64,000 nt of DNA from Rhodosorus marinus CCMP1338. Taxonomy: Eukaryota > Plantae > Rhodophyta. Within the stretch, counting starts at the first letter, position 1. The number at the start of each line of letters is the position of its first letter. The translations under genes and the position numbers were made by a program. Below the pieces are notes generated by a model that worked only from the letters and a program-made list of their open reading frames with translations, did not search any database and was not told the DNA's origin. Location: the NCBI GenBank assembly GCA_029953675.1, contig JAMWBK010000004.1, positions 310,001 through 374,000 on the forward strand. The letters are read 5' to 3'. Below, in pieces: positions 26,286 to 38,849 of the stretch.

Positions 26286-27278
26286 TTACTTACTCCCCTG
26301 AGTTTGCAAGTACTTGTACTTTGCATAGGCGTACCCAGCTCCACCGCTAATGTTCACCCCCGTTCCGAAGAGGTACCAGAAGGACGTGTCCGCGCCCTCA
26401 AAAGTAAAGAAACCAATCACCGTCTGCGCGAGAGCCTTTACGTGACCTGATACCACCGTTGATGTAGGCGATGTTCTCTCAGTGCACAGGAACAGCGCGT
26501 AGTTCAGCAGAAAGCCTGCAAAGAGGGAGCCCACGAAGACAATCTGAAAACCTCGGCTAAACCACTGGTCGAAGTTGAGAAAGGCCTCGAACTCTCCAAG
26601 GAGCAGAACCAGTGCCGTAAGAATTGGTACTGAGAGTAGTGAATGGTAAAAGAGAACCCCCCACGTATTCAAGCCGCTCTGGGCGCCAGACTTCTTGACC
26701 AGAGCCAAATATAGAGCTTGAAGGATGCATGATGCGAAACCAAACGCCCAGCCCGATACTGCTGATTTGGAATCATCCTGTGACGCTATCAGGGTACCCA
26801 CAACCATGGTACACACGGCCAAAATTACTCCGGTTGACGCTTTCTTGTTCAGCACGGTGTACTCCATAGAAATCGTGAAGAGCGGTGCAAGCCGCTTTAT
26901 GAGTGTGTAGGACGGTACCGACATTGACTTGAGCGCCATGAGACCACAAGCTCCGTTGAGACAGTAGAACAGGGAGATGGGAGTCACCTGAAATGCCCTC
27001 TTGAAGTCGAACTTTTCAAAGCTGATCAGCCCAGTGGACTTCACTAGGGGCAGCAAAATCGCCGTGAACACCATCTGGCAGAGGAGCAGCACCGTGGTCG
27101 ACGAGAAGCGATACGAATACGTCAGCGCCTTGTTCGTAAAAACCATCGTAGACGATACCAGAATGTAAAACGAGCAGTATCCTATAGACTTCAGAATCTG
27201 GCTCCTCACATGCGAGTCCAGTTTCCAACCCGAGGTCTCCTCCATCTCTGGCTTCTCGTCTTCTCCACTCCCAGTCAT
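26286..27278 (-). CDS. Nucleotide-sugar transporter (SLC35D/TPT-like), intronless
   Basis: Multi-TM ORF with VFTNKAL, ALKSMSVPSYTLIKRLAP, TERTSPTSTVVSGHVK and G.AYAYAKY. Likely ATG at 27278. Confidence 0.9.
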   Translation of the reverse strand: MTGSGEDEKPEMEETSGWKLDSHVRSQILKSIGYCSFYILVSSTMVFTNKALTYSYRFSSTTVLLLCQMVFTAILLPLVKSTGLISFEKFDFKRAFQVTPISLFYCLNGACGLMALKSMSVPSYTLIKRLAPLFTISMEYTVLNKKASTGVILAVCTMVVGTLIASQDDSKSAVSGWAFGFASCILQALYLALVKKSGAQSGLNTWGVLFYHSLLSVPILTALVLLLGEFEAFLNFDQWFSRGFQIVFVGSLFAGFLLNYALFLCTERTSPTSTVVSGHVKALAQTVIGFFTFEGADTSFWYLFGTGVNISGGAGYAYAKYKYLQTQGSK

Positions 27279-29822
27279 CCTTGAATCACTCACAACAGCA
27301 GCCAAAACACTGTACAGGAAACCACAGTTCGTAGCCTTAATCCAAAAGTCCTTTTCAACCCCCCCCCCCCCCCCCCCCCGCGAGGTCTCCCTCCTCCAAA
27401 CCCGAAGCTCCTCAGAGTACCCCTCACTATATACTAGAAGAAGAAAAACAGGCAGATCCTCCAACGCAAACAGAAAGCCACCTATTTGATCCTCAACACA
27501 AAACGACCAAAAACAAATTTAGTCGAAATTTATTCCCATATTTCTTTCTCCCAAGAAGAAGAAGAGAGACAAAAAGCGTTCCCTGTCCAGGCTTGACATT
27601 TAACATGCCATTGCATCAAATGCTTTGTTTTTTTACAATAAAAATTATTTTTGGTTGGTTTTCTATAAATTATTAGAACAAACAGGACACGTGTTGATTA
27701 ATTACTTGTAATAATTCTGAACGACAAAGTTGGTAATAAATTTTCACATAAACATGTTTATTTTATCTTTATTATCAATAAAAAAGTTGTATGTGTTCGA
27801 AGTAACGCCACGTGTCCTTTGCAAAATAGTTCTCGGATTGTATTTCATGTAAAAAATGTTGAATAGGAAAATTAGGTTAAACCCAGAGGATGAGAAACGA
27901 AAAATGATTGGATAAGAGTCTGAGTTTTTGAGTAGAAAGTTTGAGTTCTTGCAATATTGCACACTTCAGGGGATGCTGATTTTCGTCATGGCGAAGGTTG
28001 GTGCGGTGGTCGCCGCGGAGTGAAGGGAGGCTGGCCCGCTGGGCGAAAGGTCTCCGCGTCAGTGGAGGTCGCTACGAGATCGGAATGTCCGTTGGACTGA
28101 GAATTAACAGCATCAACCCGAACGGTGGACAGGTGGAAAATTCCAAAAGCAAATAGGGCAGTGAGCGGCAAGTTGCGCTTTGCAAGCCTTTTCCGTAACC
28201 TTTTGCTGCTGATTGCACGACGACCTCGGGAATAGTCTGGAGTTACATCCCAAAAGTGGATACACGCCTGGATGCAGCCGATCTCTGTGTGGGTGGGAGG
28301 CACCTAGCACCAGTTGTTAGCCTGGATGATTCGGACGGTGGCTGGAGAGCCGGCTGTCGGCAGTAGGCAGCCGCGCAGCAAAGTTTACGGTTACGTCTAG
28401 CACATCTTTAGGCGTCCTCGGCTTTTTGGAGGGGGTGGGAGGGGTTTATAGGAAGTGGAAGTAGTCTACAAGTAGGAACCGCTGGCATAATCCTCCATGC
28501 CTTCAAAAGTATCGACTGCTATGATAAGGCAGTTTAGGAACAGCCGGTTCCGGGATGTAAGATGATGGAAGAGCCTGTTCCTTGAAAAGTGATTGGTACA
28601 CGCGGTAGAGGATGCTGATGCACGGCGACGCATGCACACTTTCTACCTTGCCTAGATACTCCCGGGCTGGTCCGCGTTCAGCGTCCTCTCCAGCAACGGA
28701 TGTTCAAAAGCGATCACTACGGCACGATTCGGAAGAGTGAGTGTAACTACAAGGGCCTCCTATTTTCAGATGTACGGCTTCACCCGACCTTCGCATGAAG
28801 CATTCAATGCTGTGTCCTCGTCTTCTTGATTCCAGTGCACCCTGTCGAACCACTGTCTTAAGGTAGTGTGCGTAGATAATGGATATGATACTTGATTATG
28901 ATCTTCGCTCTCACCTATTTCAAAAAATATTTTCTTGTCAGAATCATATTTTGGGATCTTTTGTTTCTAGTTTTTGACTTTTGTCTAAATAAAGTCTGGT
29001 GGACCAATGAAAAGTAGCCAATATGCTTGTTGTCTTCCAAATCATTCGAAAATCATAATGTTTATTTCGCTTTTGCATTAAAATCAGCATAACGATTATC
29101 GGGCTCTTTCATCCGACTGAGCGAAACCCATGTTATCGCAGCAAGTTGCACACCGAACGAGGGGTAATAAAGTTCCGGTAAATACTACTTATTGAGATAT
29201 AGTATTGGTAAAATATAGAGATATTCTACAGATACTTTAGAACTAGAAAAACAAATACGGGGGGGGCAACCGTTCATGCTGTCTTCTTCATGATTTCTGT
29301 TATCCTCTTTGGTTTCTTACATAAAAAAGCCTTCGCGGGGCCAAAATTGTAAGGTAACATCGGGTGTCGCAACCTTTGACAGGGAAATATGAGATTTTTC
29401 GGGAGGGGCATTTTTGGCCAGGAAATTCTTTTTACTAAACGAGAAAATTGGCAATCCAGGAAATTTTGTTGAAAAGGGGTTGCTGACGTAGGACTTCAAA
29501 CTAGATTGGGAGGTAGAGCTTGAGTAGACGGGTTGGTGGGATTTGACGTTTGGGGCGGGTAGGAGGGAGGGGAGGGAGCATATTGAATGAGCAGAGTTCA
29601 ACTTGATAGTTAATTGCAGACAAGGCGTTTGTATCCTGGATTACGCGGGAGGTTTTTGTTGTTTTCTGTGGGAGTAAGAAAGGTTTTGAGGGGGAGGGAC
29701 GGTGGGGATTCTGAGGGGTGCGGGGTTTGGGATGGAAGTGGGTCTGGATGTGAAAGGGGGGGATGGTGATGATTTTTAAGAGGAAGGCAGGAGATTAAGT
29801 TTCAGAGCACAGGGCGGGAGGG

Positions 29823-30565
29823 ATGGGAAACACGGCGTTGTCCTCGTCATCGTCCTCGACTTCGTCGACGTTGACGAGGACTGTGCGGCAGACCTCGAGA
29901 AATGGCGGATCGGATTATTCTGGACCGCGCTCGACGGAGAGAAGTTCTTCCAATTCTGTGGGAAGGGTGAGTTGGGTTTTGGGTGGCAGCGGAAGTCCGC
30001 GCTGCATGTTTCAGGGGAGTGGGAGATCTGATTTGCATTGTCCTTGCTCTTTTTGAAAAAAAATAGGACAACCAGCACAGAGGTAATCCTATCCAACCAT
30101 GGGTGGATATTCAGCTTCCGGAACCGGAGAAATATCGGGATTTTCAGAGTGGCCCGGTTCCTCATGTCGTATCTGCGAGTATGGTAAGGGGGACGCCTCG
30201 CCAAGCTTTGAAATCACTGCTTGCAGAAGTATCTGAAATATCGTTTGCGTTTGTCTAGGCACCCCAGGCAGAGGCCGTGTACGACTTAATGGATAAAGAC
30301 TCTGAAGTTGAACTTTGCCCGACTTGCCTGGAAGAGTACTCTGACGATAATCCGAAGATCATCGTAGCTTGCGGGCATTCATTTCACTTGGTACTGCGAT
30401 TTCAGTTCACTTTTTCGTCAACCTAGCAACTGGCACTGCTAAACATGAAATTCTCCTTTTCATATTTCTGCGTAGTCCTGTATTCTGGAGTGGGCGAATC
30501 GGAGTGATATGTGCCCATTCTTCTGCAAAGGGAAGCTGAAATGTCCTGGGATTGACCTCCGGTAA
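29823..30565 (+). CDS. RING-H2 E3 ubiquitin ligase (RHB1A-like), 4 exons
   Basis: CPTCLEEYSDDNPKIIVACGHSFHL|SCILEWANRSDMCPFFC after GT-AG splicing. The N-terminus is MG followed by a Ser-rich segment. Confidence 0.85.
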
Positions 30566-31444
30566 TTCGGTATGGTCCGGAGACGGAGCAACTTGAGTTT
30601 TCTATGTGTATTGTACTGATTCGCTGGGTAGAGGTTAGTTCCTACCCCAGGGGGCTAGAATGCGGACTGGCGAGACGCATGTGCTCGCAATCAACGGGTT
30701 TCTGCCATCTTGTAACAAATGAAGCGTACTCACGCGGTGGAGTAGATGTATTTGAAGTTAACGCGTATGGGTGACGACAACCAATGCGCTTTCCAACTAG
30801 GTTATGAACAAGCCTATCCAAGGACTAATAAACAAGGTTGCACACTCTCCAAATTCCCCAGCGTAACTCGCGCTCGTGCAGACGCAAAAAGACCTTCCAG
30901 AGTGAGTGATTCACGTGCTGTGATCAAACAAGCAAGCACAGCGAATACGCTTGCAATACGAAGGCACCGTGAGCGCGCATCATACCGGCAAAAGACCTTT
31001 CAAATTTGTGCTAGAGTTTACTCGGACCGGAATGAAATCATGACCGATCTTGAACAAAAACGTCGCATCATTCTAGAAGCGACAGAGTATAACGAGCGGT
31101 TGTGTCCATCTTGACGACCGCGACCCGGCTAGACGTTCAGTTAGCTCTCACTGTACTGATCTACCCAAAGGACGGTAACCCAGCACCTTCCAAGAGACCC
31201 CAAGACAAAGACTGCCAATGGATCTGGAGTATCTGACTCAGCCAATCATCGTATCGACATAGTTCAGATTCTTCCACACGGCGATGATGAAGTGTTTCGG
31301 GGTTTTCAGGGTCTGCATGGGACTCTTGTGACGGTTTAGATATCCGTTGGTATAGCTTATCTGCCCAAGAGTCCTCCTTGTTTCCTAGGAGAAGAGCTAA
31401 ACTCGTTTCAGGGAGGTTCTGTCTGTTCTCGCTAGGAAGTGAGG

Positions 31445-32690
31445 ATGGTTGCGTTTACGACGTTTGGAGGTGTCGGAGGGATTAGCCGATCTCGAGCTCG
31501 AGTTTGTTCAGAGTCATCGGAGAAGTTTCTCGGAAGAACGAGCGGTGAGGAAAGAGCAAGTCCAGGAGGTAGAAGTGGCGAAACTGAAATCCTTGTCTAC
31601 CTGGTTGATTGCAGTGTACCCGGATAAAGATCTCGTGGTCATTGCGCTTGGTGGCAATGCTCTGCTCAGGCGTGGAGAGAAGCTTTCACATGAGAATCAG
31701 AGACACAACGCCCACACAGCTGCGGAGGCTATTGCGAAAGTCATCAATGCGGGTTATCGCGTGTGTATTACGCACGGCAATGGACCGCAGGTACCCGAAA
31801 CCCTTCCCCACTGCTGAGGTTGTACCACGTATTACTGATGTTTGGATCTGAAATTGTCAATCAGGTCGGATTTCTCGCCCTCATGATGCCGGAGACTCGA
31901 CTTGACGTGTTAGATGCTCAGACGGAAGGTGCGATTGGATACGTTGTCGACCTTGAGCTCAGCAACACGTTAGGATCGGGAAAGCAAGTCGTCACAATGT
32001 TAACACAGGTCATTGTGAACGAGCACGACCCAGCGTTTGAGAACCCGACCAAGTTCATCGGTCCTCAATACAGCGAAGAGCAGGTTAGCCTTGTAGGCTC
32101 GGATAGTACAATTGAAATATCAAGCCTGACCACAAATATCTGATGTTTAGGTCGAAGAATTGACCGGTCGTGGCTACGTTCTGAAGAAGGATGGTGATCA
32201 CTGGCGTAGAGTCGTACCTTCACCGCGTCCGGTTCACATAATCGAATCCGAGGCTATCAGAGTGCTTCTTGAGAACGACGTAACGGTGGTCTGTACTGGT
32301 GGTGGAGGGATTCCTGTGGTCGTGAAGGACGATCAGCGGCATGGCGTCGATGCGGTGGTAGACAAGGATATTGCTTCGAGAGTCCTGGCCGGTCAGATTG
32401 GTGCCAAGTACCTTCTGCTTCTGACGGACGCGGATGGGGTCTATAGACCTGACGAGTTCGCGAAGGAGGGTTCTAAACCGATAGGGAGGGTGAGCGCGGA
32501 CGACTTGAAGGAACAGCTCGAGAGCTTTCCGGACGGATCGATGAGACCAAAAGTGTTAGCCGCAACGCAGTTTGCGCATATGATTTTGGGCGGAGTATGT
32601 GGCGTGGGACGTCTGTCCGATGCCCTTGAGATCCTTCAGGGAACCAGAGGCACTATCGTTGAAGCTACAGATGCGCAGGGCTTTATCTAA
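31445..32690 (+). CDS. arcC: Carbamate kinase with an N-terminal transit-peptide-like extension, multi-exon
   Basis: [80 protein letters not shown]. Confidence 0.95.
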
Positions 32691-34179
32691 ATCCTTTTTG
32701 TCAGCAAAGGAGAAAGCCTGCTGCTTTGGGGAATTCGCGTTCAAAAGGTTCTCGAAACCTCTGTAGCAGATAACACGAACTCCAAAGTCCTTCGTTAGGC
32801 TTTTTACCACGATTGAGCGTCAGATTCAAAAACCGGCCACCTAGTAACCGCTCCAAGGCAACTTCCTACGTATCAAATGCTCGCCGCTACTTAAAATTTC
32901 AACTTCTGATCTCGTCCTCCGATTGTACTGGTTCAACAGCAGACCAAGCGCAAGTGTTCAACCAAGTTAACTTTAGCCTGGCCAGAAACCTTTGCTTCTG
33001 TGACACGACCAAATACACAAGAAAGACGGGACGCTTGCTCGTTCAACCGCTATCCGCTCTGTTGCGGTGTTTCCTCCTCCTTCACTACAACGATCTTGGT
33101 GCTTGCCTCCTGCGAGTTCGAGGCAAAATGCGAAGTTGTTTGAGCGAAACGAAAGACCTGGTCTCATTTTCGCAACCCATTCGTTCTTCATAAACTCGGC
33201 GGATCAGCTCACCTGAAACTTCTCCATCAAAAAATGCAGCGGGTCGTCTGGTTTTTGATCCTATAAAAGCCACCATCCAGAAAGAAAAACCCTGCGTTCA
33301 GCAAAGCTAGCCATAACTGGTTGACCCTCACACCAGTTAGGAAACCACCAAGAAAAGGCCAAGTGAGGGCATACCATAAAGTACAACTCTACAAACGCCG
33401 ACGTTAGAACATCAAAAACTTGCTTCTTCTCCAAATACTCTCTAAACTCTTCGTTCTTATTCTCAGCCTAGTTTTTCCGTCGTTCCCAAATGGGCACCTT
33501 TTCCATCAGCAAAGCAAAAGCACAAAAAAAAACAAAAAAACTAAAGACTACTAGTCGACAACTGTGTTAGCTTACCATGGTTTTTACTCAGCCTAAGATC
33601 CAAGACAATAAGACCCTCTCAAGTCGCCTCAAACTTGACCTACAAAGGCACCTTCCCCTCCAGGCACCAACGAAAACTCCTTGTCGCACGCTTCCTCTCT
33701 ACCCCACCACCAATGTTAGAAGGTAGAAGCATAGACAGCTGTCCTAGTTCTTGGTTGTTCGACAACGAGCGTGGTTGTTGTCCTTGAGATACAATGATGA
33801 AGCTGTTCCATCAGTGCGTACCGCTCACCAGATTCAGTGAGTGACTAATCGTTCCGAGACTGATGCTATTTTTCTGGTTGAGAGTGGTCGATGAAGGGGG
33901 GCTTGAGTGGTTTGAGATCAGCGTCCACTGGAATCCGGTCGGGGTATATCGCACCGACCTCATCGTGGTCGGTTTAACAGCCACACAACTGATGAGGACG
34001 ACGATGTCGACATCGAAAGACGTTGTCGAAGAGTAAATATTGATGCGGTTGTAGCTTTGGATGAGCCAATCGAGGAAGTACTGTATGAGGATCAGGACAT
34101 GCCCTTCCAACTGTGAGATCCTCCACCGAAAAGGAGGTGGCTTATCGTTAGCAGCCTTGACCTGCTCTCTATGTTTTCC

Positions 34180-35240
34180 ATGGATGAGAGCAACCGAAGC
34201 GCACGAGCAGTGCTTGAGAGCGCCCGGCTGAGCGGAGGTGTAGGCGCTTTTGAAGCTGCCGGGAAGGAGCTCCTCTCTCATTTCGTTCTTGTGGTTGGTC
34301 GACACGAGGCTGAGTACAGACTCTGTGAAGTAGAGTTCTACTTTTACAGCGAGACTCATCCGGATCCGTTTACTCACTGCCATCCTCTCCAGCTGCAAAG
34401 CGGAACCTGGTATGTGTCCCTTTCCTCTTGTTCAAGACCATAGGAGCTTTGCTGAACGGAGTATGCCATGTCCTAAAGGTACTTTCACAGAGCCGGCGAT
34501 AAGGAAACAAGCGGTTATCGAGGAGGAAGTTTCAAAGGTCAGTCTGGTTCCAACTACCCACCTATGCGCCGCTGACAGAAGAGCTCTTTTTAAAACACCT
34601 CAACGAGCAGGATTGGACCTGTGCATCGGAGGCGATAACTGCTTCGGCGGAGTTTTGATCCGGGCTATCCAAACCCCGCTCAAGCGAATCAACGGCCCAT
34701 CGCTCGTGGTGGACAAGATTCTCTCAGACTGTGGAGAAGCTTCAGTGAAAGACCTCGTCGACACGCTGCCTAGTCTATCCTGTGATGACGAAATGTCTTG
34801 GCTGAGAGTCGTCCGTATGAAGGAGACATCTAATCTGCCCGTGACTTGTACAGCGAGGGTCGGCTTGTCTCTTAGAAAGTTCCATGATTCTAGCAGCCGT
34901 CCGTTGGACTTTATCGCTCGGAGGTATGCGCAAACTCAATTACCCTCCTGTTTCTCGCATCTTCCTAAGCATACTCGGCCTCCTGTTCAGGTACAGGTTC
35001 CTGACGGAGGTTGCCAAGTCCAAGCACAAGCACCTCGTTGCTGTGGAGCTTAAGAAGGACGGACTGAGCGTCGAGCAGATTTCGGATCGGATCGCGACTT
35101 CGCAGAGGTCAGTTAGCAGGTGGTTGACTGAGTTTGATCTTGGCCAGTCGCGGAGCAAGGTCCCCAGCTACGTTGAAAGTTTCCTCAACCAAAACATGGA
35201 CGTGGCGATGGTTTGTGAGCTACTTGGTGCGCTCTCTTGA
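34180..35240 (+). CDS. Divergent AAG/MPG-fold (3-methyladenine glycosylase-like) protein with C-terminal HTH; introns 34410-34478, 34538-34610, 34924-34990
   Basis: Spliced product: LCEVEFY..HPDPFTH..GTWYFHR..GGSFKGLDL..GGVLIRAI..NGPSLV..ARVGL..YRFL, collinear with MPG motifs. It continues into GLSVEQISDRIATSQRSVSRWL. Confidence 0.7.
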
Positions 35241-35248
35241 CAAAGTTT

Positions 35249-37156
35249 TCAGTACCAGCTGTCGAACAGGTTCAGCCTCCATTTGCTAGCACGGGGAACT
35301 GCCAGACCGTATATCCATGGGCTCCAGTTGATGAACGCGGCGACGATGGTTGCAATCATCTGCTCAAAGGAAGAGACATGGAAAAGCAGGGGGAGGGTGT
35401 TACTCTTCGGGGGGATCAATCGCAACCGCTTTGGTGCTTGGTCAACATACCAGAGAGGCGGCGATCCGCCTCGGCACCTTGGGAAGCCCCGCGACGACGA
35501 CCCCGAGCAAAATCTGTGCATAGTACAATCCAGGCAGATAATGGTACAAGAACGCAGACCTTTCAACTGCCATGTAAGGCAGAAGATTTAATATCCAAGC
35601 GGCGACAAGGGCGGCGGACATATGTAACGTCTTCGCGCTGTTCGTTACGAGCCGACTGTCTCTGAAAACGACCAACCAGTGCCCCCCACAACGCACAAAG
35701 TTCAGCTGTGAAGGATCGAAGCGGGTGAGCCAATCGGGAGCGAGTTACCTGTATCTGATGCTCAGCAAGGTTGCCAAGATCGTGATACCCACCGCTGAGA
35801 CGGTGAGTAGGGCTACGCCAGGATTCACAATGAGCTTCACTGGACCGGAACCCGGGAGACCAATGCCACCGGCATAAATCATGTGCTTCGTCGAGAGAGG
35901 CCAAGTATACCACGGGGACATGAACGGGTGGGCCTTGGTTGTCCCCTTGTTCAGCCAGAACATCGCTTGCGAAAGCTCGTAGTATCTGCTCCAGAAGCTC
36001 GCTTCCGGAACCTTGCCGTAGTACTCTGAGCCTTGTAGAGTCGCGCGGAAACCTTGCGATACGAACGGAGTTCCCTGAAGAGTGTGATTGCTTGGGACTC
36101 AGTTATGTGATAGAAGAGGCGACAGTAGACCGCCTCTGTCATGGCCTACCTGCCCAGTGTTCGGCAACGCCTTGAAGTGGAGGTAGTGCAAGAGAGTATA
36201 GGCGGAGAAAGCGATGGTAGCAGCGATCCCACATTCTGAAAGGGTCAGCCTGGCGTGTGGAAAGAGCAACCCGAAGAAGGACACTAAAGCGATGACAAAG
36301 GGAGTGACTCCTGCAGTCCATTTCACGGAGATTGCACCAGTGGCAGCAAGCGCGGTTAAGACGAGAAAGATCCACCTCTGTGGAGTTCCCTGCGATGACT
36401 TCCAGAGCCTGACGGCAAAGTATAACGACAGACTGAGGTAGAACATAAGCTGCGAGTTTATGAGAATCAGACGGGATTCTACGACGAGCATGTGTTCGAA
36501 AAGAACGGCGGAGGTAGCGAGCAACGAGGATTCCAAGGGAAGATCCAACTCCTAGTTGTTTCGGGTAGAGCCGTTTTGTCAGAGTCGATGGGGTATTCGG
36601 TTCTTGTGAGGGCTCGTCATACTTCACAAGTAAGGAACATGAAGACTGGTACGAAGGCTCCGAAAAAGGCGCTTATGCCACGAAGAATGAGGAATTTATC
36701 GCCAGGCTTGAATCTCAGGCCAATGTGCCGGTAAGGATCGACTTCAGAAAGCTCGTAGCCCAGAGCCGATCCCAGGTATGCGAAGACCATCTTCGCCAAG
36801 GGGGGATGGATGTCGAAGAAAAACTCGCCCTTAAGATACCAGTCTGTGAACTTTCCGAAATGCGTTTCATCGAATACCACACTCCGCGGATGCTCGAGCC
36901 GGTAGAGCCTCACAATGATCGACGCAACGAGCAGCAACGCAGACACCAACAGCGTCCTCGTCCACGGCTTGTCGACGAGAAGCTTCAATGAGCTCATCCG
37001 ATCCCGATCTGATCTACGAGTACCTCCGTTTGCCTTCTTTCCGTCCGCGGGCCGCTTCCCCGGAACCGACGATGATAGCTCCTTCCCACCGACCTCATCC
37101 TTCCTCGCGGTCGAACTCTTCTTCTGACCTGTTTTCTTTGACCCGCTTCTTCCCAT
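35249..37156 (-). CDS. PMT: Dolichyl-phosphate-mannose:protein O-mannosyltransferase (GT39) without MIR domains, multi-exon
   Basis: VVFDETHFGKF (DE motif), FFDIHPPLAKM, ILINSQLMF, SVKWTAG, HPFMSPWYTWPL, FLYHYLPGLYY. Confidence 0.93.
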
Positions 37157-38151
37157 TATTTTATCACGAACTATACATTCAATTATTAGACCTCGTCCAG
37201 ATTGCCTTTGCAGACCTCATCACCTCCTTACCTTTCATCCTCCCTCAACATTACCCTCACCCTCCCAACCTTCCATGAAAACCTCTTCAATTGCCTCCAA
37301 AAACAAAACTCACACAATTTAAAGTATCCGTTCAAAATCTAGTAACTTTCTTCCCAGATATTGACCTTATCTGTCCCAGTTCAAACACCTTTTAAGCGTC
37401 ACCCCGTAGTCAATCATCACGCATGGCGGCAGGTTTCAGGCGCTTCAGGCGCTAGCTGAAACCTACCCGAGCAGGGAGAGCTATACTCGACGCTAAGGAA
37501 CGAGCCTCAAGAATAAGACCTGCTGAATTCTGCCGCAGGGCTAACCTAAGAGAAGAGATTGGAAGCGCGACCATCGATCGGCTGGGATGTGCGATGGCAG
37601 GCGTGCGTTACCAGTTGCTCCCTACTAGAGATATTCACCGGATACAAGCAGGGCTGTGGATTGCAGGTCAGAACTATGCGTTCATGTATCTGAAATTCTG
37701 CTGCTTCGCGACATGACGTGAACAGGTGGGACTCCGTGAAAACGCGAAGCCATTATGATGTGATGAAATTTGGATCAACTCTGATCTGAGGCCTGAACCG
37801 TCCACCACACTTCAGGCAGTATTCTAGGCCACTCAGCTGGAGCAGCAACTCTGAGCGAAAATGTTCAGATACGAAATACACGCAACCTTCCAGGATTTTT
37901 ATCTTAGCGAGTGCACCCTTTTCGGTAGTGAGCACAAGCCTTCGCAGGTTGCCCCATCCCTTCCAACTGTCCTGTAGGACACGCTAGCTTGCTTTTGGAA
38001 GAAATCGGTGATCGTTGCGGCACCGCTTCGTGGATGCGGAAGCAGACTCACCTCAGTACTAGCATGCAGACAATGCGGGACAGCAACTTCAGCACGAATT
38101 AAAGGCGGAAACGAGTTGTTCCATAGTGGATAGTCACAAGTCAATTAACCG

Positions 38152-38849
38152 CTAGGCATAAACCTCCGTACAATTCCACGATCCATTCTCCTCCACCAGA
38201 GTATAGTAAGCGCGGAGCTGCGGGTTTGGACGAAGATTGAGGTAGTCCACGCACTTGGGATCGATGATCAGCAGCACGAAATTCTCATGCGGGACGCTCG
38301 GGTCAACACCTTCAATGGCCTCTTTTCCAGTCCAGTCTGGATCTTTTGGGATACCGGGATGTGGATCGGCAAAAGATGAACGTGCAGCGTCCGAAAGCTG
38401 TTTCCACTGCTGAAATCTGTGATCCTGCATCTTTTCGTCCTCGTCCGAGGCCAGCACTGACTGAGCAAGACCCTGAATGCGAAACTGTTCCCTCGTTTCC
38501 TGTGAGGATGACACGGTCAGAGCAGGTCCTGCCTAAGTAATCCCTTTCCTCCAAAGCTCAAAGCACTCGACCTGGAAAAGAAGCTAAAACGAATGCTCAC
38601 CGGCATGTACCAACAGGCCTCGACCCACTTGTTCTTCTTGAGGTGCTTGATCTTTTCAGACCTTACATCGGTAATCACCTTCAGTTTCGTCGGTGAACCC
38701 TCAAGAATACCTCGATACACCACTGTCCTGCAGGACGGCTTTCCTTCTTCGGTTACGGTGGCTAGCTGCAAGTACCTTGCGTAAGGAAGCTTCCTGTTCC
38801 GCTTCAACGCCTTCGCTAACAAGTTAATCCATTCAGGTGAAGTCTCCAT
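38152..38849 (-). CDS. Pyridoxamine 5'-phosphate oxidase-related FMN-binding protein, 2 exons
   Basis: YLQLATVTEEGKPSCRTVVYRG, TDVRSEK, EACWY|..REQFRIQG, WKQLSDAAR, ENFVLLIIDPKCVDYLNL. Confidence 0.88.

Noticed and set aside
27986-28870. Coding-like minus-strand stretch with many stops
   Set aside because: No recognisable domain. It may be a decayed gene or TE but cannot be supported.
32813-33276. MVAF-starting minus-strand ORF
   Set aside because: The leader looks like a transit peptide, but no splice model gave a credible protein.
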